A stretch of DNA of 64,000 nucleotides, taken from NCBI RefSeq assembly GCF_963921235.1, contig NC_086105.1, positions 109,988,001-110,052,000 on the forward strand, given 5' to 3'. Origin of the DNA: Mobula hypostoma. Lineage: Eukaryota. Every line of letters begins with the position of its first letter. Positions within the stretch are counted from its first letter, which is position 1. Below the pieces are notes generated by a model, which worked only from the letters and a program-made list of their open reading frames with translations, was not told the origin of the DNA and did no database searches. Below, one piece after another: positions 24,637-34,868 of this stretch. The position numbers were made by a program, and so were the translations under genes.

Positions 24637-27600
24637 GTGAACGCAGCAGGCCAAGCAGCATCTGTAGGAAGAGGTGCAGTCGACGTTTCAGGCCGAGACC
24701 CTTCGGCAGGACTAACTGAAGGAAGAGTGAGTAAGGGATTTGAAAGTTGGAGGGGGAGGGGGAGATCCAAAATGATAGGAGAAGACAGGAGGGGGAGGGA
24801 TAGAGCCGAGAGCTGGACAGGTGATAGGCAAAAGGGGATACAAGAGGATCATAGGACAGGAGGTCCGGGAAGAGAGACAAAGTGTGGGGGGGAGGGTGAC
24901 CCAGAGGATGGGCAAGAGGTATATTCAGAGGGACAGAGGGAGAAAAAGGAGAGTAAGAGAAAGAATGTGTGCATAAAAATGAGTAACAGATGGGGTACGA
25001 GGGGGAGGTGGGGCCTTAGCGGAAGTTAGAGAAGTCGATGTTCATGCCATCAGGTTGGAGGCTACCCAGACGGAATATAAGGTGTTGTTCCTCCAACCTG
25101 AGTGTGGCTTCATCTTTACAGTAGAGGAGGCTGTGGATAGACATGTCAGAATGGGAATGGGATGTGGAATTAAAATGTGTGGCCACTGGGAGATCCTGCT
25201 TTCTCTGGTGGACAGAGCGTAGATGTTCAGCAAAGCGGTCTCCCAGTCTGCGTCGGGTCTCGCCAATATATAAAAGGCCACATCGGGAGCACCGGACGCA
25301 GTATATCACCCCAGTCGACTCACAGGTGAAGTGATGCCTCACCTGGAAGGACTGTTTGGGGCCCTGAATGGTGGTAAGGGAGGAAGTGTAAGGGCATGTG
25401 TAGCACTTGTTCCGCTTACACGGATAAGTGCCAGGAGGGAGATCAGTGGGGAGGGATTGGGGGGGACAAATGGACAAGGGAGTTGTGTCGGGAGCAATCC
25501 CTGTGGAATGCAGAGAGATGGGGGGAGGGAAAGATGTGCTTAGTGGTGGGATCCTGTTGGAGGTGGCGGAAGTTACAGAGAATAATATGTTGGACCCGGA
25601 GGCTGGTGGGGTGGTAGGTGAGGACCAGTGGAACCCTATTCCTAGTGAGGTGGCGGGAGGATGGAGTGAGAGCAGATGTACGCGAAATGGGGGAGATGCG
25701 TTTAAGAGCAGAGTTGATAGTGGAGGAAGGGAAGCCCCTTTCTTTAAAAAAGGAAGACATCTCCCTTGTCCTAGAATGAAAAGCCTCATCCTGAGAGCAG
25801 ATGCGGCGGAGACGGAGGAATTGCGAGAAGGGGATGGCGTTTTTGCAAGAGACAGGGTGAGAAGAGAAATAGTCCAGATAGCTGTGAGTCAGTAGGCTTA
25901 TAGTAGACATCAGTGGATAAGCTGTCTCCAGAGACAGAAAGACCTAGAAAGGGGAGGGAGGTGTCGGAAATGGACCAGGTAAACTTGAGGGCAGGGTGAA
26001 AGTTGGAGGCAAAGTTAATAAAGTCGACGAGTTCTGCATGCGCGCAGGAAGCAGCGCCAATGCAGTCGTCGATGTAGCGAAGGAAAAGTGGGGGACAGAT
26101 ACCAGAATAGGCACGGAACATAGACCCGTATGGGTCCTAGCTATGCCTGCCTTTTTGTTGGGTTTGTGGAACAATCTATGTTCCGTGCCTATTCTGGTAT
26201 CTGTCCCCCACTTTTCCTTCGCTACATCGACGACTGCATTGGTGCTGCTTCCTGCACGCATGCAGAACTCGTTGACTTTATTAACTTTGCTTCCAACTTT
26301 CACCCTGCCCTCAAGTTTACCTGGTCCATTTCCGACACCTCCCTCCCCTTTCTAGATCTTTCTGTCTCTGTCTCTGGAGACAGCTTATCCACTGATGTCT
26401 ACTATAAGCCTACTGACTCACAGCTATCTGGACTATTCCTCTTCTCACCCTGTCTCTTGCAAAAATGCCATCCCCTTCTCGCAATTCCTCCGTCTCCACC
26501 GCATCTGCTCTCAGGATGAGGCTTTTCATTCTAGGACGAGGGAGATGTCTTCCTTTTTTAAAGAAAGGGGCTTCCTTTCCTCCACTATCAACTCTGCTCT
26601 TAAATGCATCTCCCCCATTTCACGTACATCTGCTCTCACTCCATCCTCCCACCACCCCACTAGGAATAGGGTTCCCCTGGTCCTCACCTACCACCCCACC
26701 AGCCTCTGGGTCCAACATATTATTCTCCGTAACTTCCGCCACCACCAACAGGATCCCACCACTAAGCACATCTTTCCCTCCCCCCCGCCTCTGCATTCCG
26801 CAGGGATCGCTCCCTACACAACTCCCTTGTCCATTCGTCCCCCCCATCCCTCCCCACTGATCTCCCTCCTGGCACTTATCCGTGTAAGCGGAACAAGTGC
26901 TACACATGCCCTTACACTTCCTCCCTTACCACCATTCAGGGCCCCAAACAGTCCTTCCAGGTGAGGCATCACTTCACCTGTGAGTCGACTGGGGTGATAT
27001 ACTGCGTCCGGTGCTCCCGATGTGGCCTTTTATATATTGGCGAGACCCGACGCAGACTGGGAGACCGCTTTGCTGAACATCTACGCTCTGTCCGCCAGAG
27101 AAAGCAGGATCTCCCAGTGGCCACACATTTTAATTCCACATCCCATTCCCATTCTGACATGTCTATCCACTGCCCCCTCTACTGTAAAGATGAAGTCACA
27201 CTCAGGTTGGAGGAACAACACCTTATATTCCGTCTGGGTAGCCTCCAACCTGATGGCATGAACATCGACTTCTCTAACTTCCGCTAAGGCCCCACCTCCA
27301 CCTCATACCCCATCTGTTACTCATTTTTATGCACACATTCTCTCTTACTCTCCTTTTTCTCCCTCTGTCCCTCTGAATATACCTCTTGCCCATCCTCTGG
27401 GTCACCCCCCCCTTGTCTTTCTTCCCGGACCTCCTGTCCCATGATCCTCTTGTATCCCCTTTTGCCTATCACCTGTCCAGCTCTCGGCTCTATCCCTCCC
27501 CCTCCTGTCTTCTCCTATCATTTTGGATCCCCCCCTCCCCCTCCAACTTTCAAATCCCTTACTCACTCTTCCTTCAGTTAGTCCTGACGAAGGGTCTCGG

Positions 27601-27713
27601 CCTGAAACGTCGACTGCACCTCTTCCTACAGATGCTGCTTGGCCTGCTGCATTCATCAGCTACTTTGATGTATGTTGCTTGAATTTCCAGCATCTGTAGA
27701 ATTCCTGTTGTTT
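24637..27713. mobile_element. Penelope-like (Neptune-type) retroelement as a head-to-head fold-back palindrome
   Basis: Arms 24637-26124 (-) and 26175-~27657 (+) with a 50-bp spacer; RT MGPSYACLF..FLRYIDD; Cys linker CKRNKCYTC; GIY-YIG VIYCVRCSRCGLLYIGET; 15-bp TSD acaaactggtcattg (24622-36, 27714-28). Confidence 0.95.
27580..27615 (+). ncRNA. Minimal type I hammerhead ribozyme in the PLE pLTR
   Basis: agtc-CTGACGA-agg gtctcgg cct-GAAA-cGTC^gact: stem I agtc/gact, stem II agg/cct, loopless palindromic ACGT stem III; predicted cleavage after 27611. Confidence 0.85.
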
Positions 27714-27869
27714 ACAAACTGGTCATTGCTGACTTGGTTATTGAAAGCACTATCAACAGCTTCAATAGCTTTACTAATGATTAAAGTAGACTCAACAGGC
27801 AATAATTAGCTACATTGATTTTGTCAAGTTTTTCTGGGCAAGACACAACTGGCAATTTTTTAATATTAT

Positions 27870-28075
27870 AAACACAAGAGATTCTGTAGATACTGGAAAA
27901 TCAGAGCAACACATACAAAATGTTGGAGGAACTCAGATCTGGCAGCATCTGCGGAAACGCATAAAAGTCGATGTTTCAGATTGAGATGAAAGATCTCAGC
28001 CCGAAACATTGACTGTTTATTCATTTCCAGAGGTTGCCTCACTTCCAACTTCCTCATTCATTTTGTGTACATTAA
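27870..28075. mobile_element. Older PLE pLTR hairpin element
   Basis: aaacacaagagattctg.. arm; inversion within the hammerhead region. Confidence 0.72.
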
Positions 28076-28412
28076 TCTCAATATTACATTCAGTTAAATG
28101 TGAAGGACAATTGTAAAATTTAAAAGTAACCATAATATTTTTTAAGAATGCCTAGTACAAGTATGACCATTTAGTTACACATTTCTCTTTTATCTAGCAT
28201 GTTTTTATTTGAGCATATCAAACAACCAAAAGAAGTTACTTGAATATAAGAGCTTTGCTGGTAATATACCCAATAACTCTACTGATATGTACTGTTATAA
28301 TGCTCCCAGTCATTGATTTAATTCTGTGACCTCAGAATTTAGCATTGGGGAGGGGTTAAAAAAGAGCTCTGAACAGAATAGAGATAGGAAGAAGATTATT
28401 ACTTTAACTCAC

Positions 28413-28750
28413 AGTACCAGAGAGCCAAACGTCTCGAATTCAATCTGTACCAGCTTGGGAACCGAATTTCTCATACTAACTGCTGAACCTGCAATCGCGC
28501 AACCAACGTGATCCGTACTCTTAAGGATATTGACTATACCACTGTATCTAGATTTTGAAAGATGTTGGGCGCATAACTTAATACAGAACAGAAGACTTAT
28601 GTGACTGCAGGGAAACAATAAAAATAAAACAAACAAATGTCTTCCCAACACCAAGATAAATAAAATGACTTGTCCCTGTATTAGTTTATATATTACCATG
28701 TTCTCCGGCACCCACTGCATCCCACGACCGGACAAATCCCACCTGCGCAG
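28413..28750 (-). other. Candidate first two exons of a divergent transcript (~28750-28697; 28604-28413), lncRNA or unidentified gene
   Basis: 92-nt GT-AG intron 28696-28605 with strong pyrimidine tract (tttatttttattgtttccctgcag); consensus donor T|gtgagt at 28413/2; possible start agtATG 28474 (MRNSVPKLVQIEFETFGSLV...). Confidence 0.45.
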
Positions 28751-29170
28751 ACCAATCAGTCACGTGCTCCCGGGAGCCGTGACGTCATCGACCGGCAACC
28801 GGCCAATTCTCGCGCATCGGGTACTGTCCACCCTGTGGTGATCAGGTAAAGTTTATCGCTGGTGAAACGTGTACTGTACAATGAAAGATGAGTAAAAGGT
28901 GCCCCGTATCCGGCGGTTACTTAGGCTCCTGGGGTGCCAGGCGAAGGGCGACCCTCTCCCACGGTTGGAATTGGCGAGTCGGCGCGCTCACCGCCGACCT
29001 GAAGGCGAAGCTCCTGGCGCGCGGGTTCCTCGTGTCCTTCGCCTTGACGCGCCTCGCCTCGTGGAGGAGAGATCGGCAGCCGATGCTTCCCCGTGTCCTA
29101 ATCATTTACCATTACCTCGCCGAACGGCGGGTGTGAAATGTCTTCCCCTGTAACCGAAAGAACCCCGGGA
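28690..29170. promoter_or_regulatory. CpG island; probable bidirectional MEIOB promoter with candidate non-coding first exon ending at 28845
   Basis: Only strongly CpG-rich non-TE segment in the window. CCAAT 28752-56 and 28803-07, TCACGTG 28760-66, CTCCCGGGAG 28767-76, TGACGTCA 28780-87, CAACCG 28796-801. + donor CAG|gtaaag at 28845/6; - donor ATG|gtaata at 28697/6. Confidence 0.75.
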
Positions 29171-29339
29171 CTTGGAGGGTGATGCTGCCCATCACCTGTT
29201 TCTATCTGAGAAACAACTAAAACAAGGCAATGAAATAAAAAATAACTCTTGTAATATGCTCTGCTGCCCCCCTCATCGAAGTGTGAATCTTATTAGTCAC
29301 CGAACACTTAATGCCCCCGCGAAATATTTAATAGTTCTG

Positions 29340-29505
29340 ATTTTTTTTGTAATTTATTTTTTATTGAAGTTCATCATCAAACAAAACTTTCCATAAGATG
29401 TAGTTCAGATACTGTACATATATATCATAGTCATATTTGTTACAAATCTCCACATATTTATCTGAGGTATACACTTATAGAAAGGAAAGGAAAGAAAGAA
29501 CAAAG
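29340..29505 (-). mobile_element. Probable L1 3' UTR fragment
   Basis: Begins with T-tract and tttattg (polyA signal on minus), resembling the end at 44255. Confidence 0.45.
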
Positions 29506-29814
29506 GTAAATGCAATTACTAAAGATATCAACTTTGTCACTAATGTGGAAAGGGTCTACAAAGCAGGGCAGATGTGTTTATGCAAATTTAAGTATAATAA
29601 TAAGTACTCTAGATTTAATCAATGCTGTTACCATTTAAGGATATAATAATCTTATTTTGTTTTATAATATCTTCACACTGGTCAAAATATTCTGCTTCAC
29701 TATACCTCTCCATATATTTATTGACTTTTTAACTTAATGGATTAATTCAACTAAAAATTGGATCAAGTATCACCTCTTTTCTAAGCACTGCGTGGTCCAA
29801 AGTCAGCTTTGTTG

Positions 29815-30035
29815 GAGACACAAGAGATTCTGCCGATGCTGCGAACTTGAGCGACACATACACACCCTCACACAAAATGCTAGAGGAACTTAGCAGGCCA
29901 GGCAGTATATATCGAGGGAAGTAAACAATTGGTCTTTCCGGCGCAGACCAAAACCCAAAATGTCAACAGTTCATTTCCCTCCATAAATGTTGACTAACTT
30001 GCTGCATTCCTCCAACATTTTGTGTGTGTTGCTCA
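29815..30035. mobile_element. Older PLE pLTR hairpin element
   Basis: cacaaaatgctagaggaac ... ttcctccaacattttgtg inverted arms. Confidence 0.72.
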
Positions 30036-30157
30036 ATTTTTGAGGAGTAGATTTTAGCGGTGACCATTTTTGGATAAAATCAATTTTCGGTCCCATAGTG
30101 CCTAAAAAGTTCGCTGCGCTGAATAAGAAATTAGACTAAGGGTTTTTGTTTGCTGCT

Positions 30158-32895
30158 ATAAGATATAAGAGCAGAATTAGGCCATTTGGCCCATCAGGTC
30201 TGCTGCGCTATTTCATCGTGGCTGATCCATTTCCCTCAGCCCCAGACTCCTGCCTTCTCCCTGTAACCCTCCATGCCCTGACTAATTAAGAATCTAACAA
30301 CCTCTGCCCTAATGTACCCAATGACTTGGCCTCCATAATCATCTGTGTTAACGAATTCAACGGATTCACCACACTCTGGCTAAAGAAATTCTTCCTCATC
30401 TCCTTTCTAAATGGATGTCCCTCTATTCTGAGGCTGTGTCATCTGGTCCTAGACTCCCCCACTACAGGACATCATGTTTCCACATCCATTCTATTGAGGC
30501 CTTTCAACATTTGATAGGTTTCAATGAGATTCCCCTCATTCTGCTGAATTCCAGTGATTTCAGGTCCACAGCCATCAAACGCTCCTCATGTAGTGAGCCT
30601 TTCAATCCCAGAATCATTCTTTGAACCCTCTCCAATGTTGGTAACTCACCATACTCCGAAGTGAGGCTTCACTAGTGCGTTCTTGTCAATACCTCCAGTT
30701 GAACTTTGTCTTTTTGTGTGTGCCTGTCAGTCATGGTTTTGTATTGCCATGTGCTCCTGTCTGGCTCCTGCTCTACTCCGGCCCCTGTATTACTGAGTAC
30801 TCTGCCTCTCACTGTTTCTCATTATTACCTGTTTTGCTGCCACTTCTGTCTCATTGTGCTCTACCTATCATCTGCCTCTCTGTTTATTGCTCAGTGTATT
30901 TTAGTCCTGTGTTTTCACTTGTTTGTTGCCAGATTGTACCAATGAATTTTCCTGGGCCTTTTCAGCATTTGTATCCCTACGCTGACTGTCTGAATAGTGA
31001 CTCTGCCTGTTTCCTGATTCTGGTTTTTTGGATTTCTCTGGATGTTTTGATTGCTGCCTGAACTTTGATGTTGACTTTGTTTACACCTCAAGATTTGTCA
31101 CTTAATTTATTTATCATTGTGTGCACAGTACTGGGTCTGCAGTTGGATCCCTGATCCAGTGCCCTGACACTCCTAAAGCCTCAATATTACCTCCTTGCTT
31201 TTTATATTGTAGTCCAATCAAAATGAATGCTAACATTGTATTTACCTTCCTCACACCTAACTCAACCTGCAAATTAACTTTTACAGTATCCTGCATGAGG
31301 ACCCCAAGCCCCTTTACATCTCAGATTTTTGAATTTTCTATCTGTTTAGAAAATAATCTATGCTTTTATTTTGTCTACTAAACTGTATGGCTATACACTT
31401 GTACTGTATTCTATCTGCTACTTATTCCTCTCCTAATCTTTCGGTCCTTCTGTAGCCTCCCTGCTTCCTCAACTGTGCCTTCCCCTCCACTTGTCTTTGT
31501 ATTGTCTGCAAACCTGGCCATAGCCATCAATTCCATCATATAAACATTGACATATAATGTAAAATGAAGCTGTCCCAAACAGATTCCTGTAGAACACCAT
31601 GAATTAATGGCAGCCAACTAGAAAAGTCTCCCTTTAGTCCAACTCTGTTTCCTGCCAATCAGCTAATGCTCTGTCCATGCTAGTATCTTTCCTGTAATAC
31701 CATGGGCTCTTAACTTGTTAAGCAGCCTCGTGTGGTATCTTGTCAAAAACCTTCTGAAAACCCAAGTACACAACATCTGTGGATTCTCTGATGTCTATTC
31801 TGCTTGCTAATTTGTCAAAGAGTTCCAACAGATTTGTCAGGTAAGATTTTCCTTATGGCCTATTTTACCATGTGCCTCCAAGTACCCGGAAGCCATCTCC
31901 TTAACAATTGATTCCAACATCTTCCCAACCACTCAGGTTAGACTAAATGGCAGATGCTGGAAATCCAAAGCAATGTACCTGTACACAAAATGCTGAAGGA
32001 ACTTGGTAGTCCAAACAGCATCTGTGGGAAAAAGTAAACAGTCAACATTTCGGGCATTGACTCTTCATCAGGATGGGAAAGGAAGGGGAGAATTCAGAAT
32101 AAGAAGGTTAAATGGCCTATAATTTCCTTTTTTACCTCTCCCTTGAAGAGCGGAGATACATTTGCAATTTTCTAGTCCTCCAGAACTATGTCAGAATCTA
32201 TTGATCTTGAAAGATCATTACTAATACCTCCACAATCTCTTCAGCCATCTCTTTTAGAACCCTGAGGTGGAGACCATCTGGTACAGGTAATTTATCTACC
32301 TTAAAACCTTTCAGTTTCTCAAGCACCATCTTTCTGGTAATGGCAACTTCACTCGTGTCTTCTCCCTGACACTCTTGAACTTCCGGCATACTGTTTCTGT
32401 CTTCCACAGTAAAGACCGATGCAAAATACTTACTCTGTTCATCCGCCATTTCCTTGTCCCCCATTATTTCCTCTCCAACATCATTTTCCAGTGGTCTAAT
32501 ATCTACTTTCACCTCTCATTTGCTCTTTATATATCTGAAGAAACTTTTAGGTGTCTTAAATATTATTGGCTAGCTTAACTTGGTATTCTGTCTTTTCCTT
32601 TTTATACATTTTTAGTTGCCTTCTGTTGGTTTTTAAAATCTTCTGACTCTTCTAACTATCCACTAATTTTTGCTCTATTATATGCCTTCTCTTTGGCTTT
32701 TACGTTGCCTTTGACTTGCCTTGTCAGCCGTGGTTGCATCATCCTGCCTTTAGAATACTACTTTGGAATGTATCCTCTGCACCTTCTGAATTGCTCTCAG
32801 AAACTCCAGCCATTGCTGCTCTGCCATCATCTTTGCTAGTGTCCCCTTTCAATCAACTTTGGCCAGTTCCTCTCTCATGCTCTGTAATTCCCTTT
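30158..32895 (-). mobile_element. CR1 LINE ORF2, degenerate, hosting a solo LTR and a PLE fragment (~31950-32108)
   Basis: EMADEQSKYFASVFT, DKLPVPDGLHLRVLKE, RFADNTK; tail tataagatataaga. Confidence 0.85.
30684..31169 (+). mobile_element. Probable Gypsy solo LTR (486 bp)
   Basis: TGTCA...TGACA termini cleanly interrupt the CR1; TSD degenerate (gttct/ctcct). Confidence 0.65.
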
Positions 32896-32999
32896 ATTCT
32901 GTCCAGCTCTTGGCTCCATCCCTCCTCCTCCTGTCTTCCCCTATCATTTCGGATCTCCCCCTCCCACTTTCAAATCTCTTACGAGCTCTTCTTTCAGTT

Positions 33000-33035
33000 A
33001 GTCCTGACGAAGGGTCTCGGCCTGAAACGTCGACT
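33000..33035 (+). ncRNA. Minimal hammerhead ribozyme in pLTR fragment 32898-33098
   Basis: Identical to 27580-27615; predicted cleavage after 33031. Confidence 0.85.
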
Positions 33036-33099
33036 GTACCGCTTCCTAGAGAATCTGCCTGGCCTGCTGTGTTCACCAGTAACTTTTATATATGTTGGT

Positions 33100-33900
33100 A
33101 GTACGTAGTTGTTCAAAGATTTCTTCAAGCTTGCCTGGTTGAAATTCTCTGCATTGATTGAGTAGGCATTAGGGTGTGCTGTTTCATGACTGCTGATCAT
33201 GGTGCTCTGCTCCTCCAGTGGCTGCCTCTTGTTGGTTTGAGGTGGAATGTACACTGATACCAGGATGACAGAAAACTCTATTGGTAGATAAAATGAACAA
33301 TGTTTGAGCACTGTATGTTCCAGGTCATGTGAGCAGGATTGACATAGAACCACCACTGTGAATTAATCATAAAGCATACTCTGCCTCTTCTACCTTTAAA
33401 TGACTTGGATTCTGTCTTTGCGGTGGATGTTGAAACCCTCAGGCTGCAGTGCTGTGTCCGAAATGACAGGGGTAAGCCATCTTTCCATGAAGCAAAGTAC
33501 ACGGCAGTCCCCAATGTCCGTTTGGTACTGCAATCTTGCTCTGAGGTCTTTAATTTTTTTTTTCCAGAGATTGTATATTCACCAGCAGAATAGTCAGGAG
33601 TGAGGGATCTAAGGCCTTTTCTTAAAGGTGAACTGCACTCACATCCTAAGTCTGCCATCCAGGGTCTGTCGGTTTGTGCATCTATAGATACTTTAATTGT
33701 CTTAAAATGATGTTGCTTACTTAAGTACCCATGACTGACAGTTGGTTTTGCAGAAACTTGTTTGTTTTCCTTTGTAGATGTAACCAGTAGTTGAGATCTT
33801 GAGCAGTTAGCCCACCGTTTAGCTTCAACAGTGGCTGTACTTAGTGCAGCTGAAAATACTGAATATCAAAGTGTATTGTTCAGGTTGACATACAGTGGAT
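33100..33900 (-). mobile_element. Rex/Babar 5' region with APE endonuclease
   Basis: FYLPIEFSVILVSVYIPPQ..HETAHPNA..NFNQASLKKSL. Confidence 0.78.
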
Positions 33901-34799
33901 CAAGAGACAGTGCACGGCTATGTTACAAGGCAGTTAAGTCCAAACTCATTCAGTAATGAGACATCCTTCATGCAACATTAAATGTGATTCATTTTAAGCC
34001 ACCATTATTTCAAGATGCTTACTGGGGAATAACTAATGAAATCTCAGCAGTATAGCACAGCATTTCAGACAGTTTACAATAACTTGGTGTGATCAATCAC
34101 TTCTGACTAATGGTTTTTGACCTATTTTTGTTGTTTTCAATCCTACCCATAAAAGGAGTATCCAGACAATGATCAAAGCAGAGCAGATGTTTCATTTCAC
34201 CCTCCAACTTTGCTAATTTTTCTTGGCATCTCTTTAGTGTCTGCCTCTCACAAGTTGCAATGAAAAGTATTCTAAGAGCAGACTAAACAGGGGAGTAGGA
34301 TCATGAGATAAGAATCAACTTCACAGCAAAGGCAATACTCAATCATTGAAAAATAGCATGACAGCTATGGCATCAGTCAGATTATTTAACAATTGCGCTC
34401 TGCTGCTGTAGGCAATTGTTTTTAATGGAGTGATATCAGTTACTGTATAGTGACAGCTGGGTCACTCTCTGGGCATGTTGATATAATGTGTATGGCATTT
34501 ACAACCTTTAGGTGAGGTATTGTCAGGCAAGCCCAATGCCAACAGCTGCTATAGCAGTGACACTTAACATCCTTCAAATGTGTAGAGTATCTTCTGTTTC
34601 CAATTAGATACATTAGCTGGAAAACAGATGTGTTTGTTTGGTTTAGGGTGCCCAAATTTTTATTTGTGCAATAGGTGATAGGAATCTGCAGCATCCTTTT
34701 CACCTTTGTGATCCCAAAAGCAATTTTGCATGATTTGAGTATTTTAAAATTGGTTAAAATCTGAGTTCCTTTATTTTAAAATTTCAGACAAAGAAGACA

Positions 34800-34868
34800 A
34801 TGGCTTTTGGATCCTTTGGCCAGAGCTTGGTACCTATCTCTGATCTTCATCCAAATTCAGCACGTCCC
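34800..34868 (+). CDS. MEIOB: MEIOB first coding exon (exon starts 34788; ATG 34800)
   Basis: tttcag acceptor; [23 protein letters not shown]; gtaggt donor, phase 0. Confidence 0.88.

Noticed and set aside
24637-27713. Palindrome as an assembly or chimeric-read artifact
   Set aside because: The arms differ by substitutions and indels and the unit is bounded by a 15-bp TSD; long-read confirmation is still advisable.
28413-28474. KLVQIEFETFG resembles the acylphosphatase N-terminus (L.SVDYEVFG)
   Set aside because: It lacks the following VQGV.FR motif and no downstream ACYP exon was found.
28888-29153. Overlapping 82-84 aa ORFs in the CpG island
   Set aside because: Expected by chance in GC-rich, stop-poor DNA; no recognisable product.
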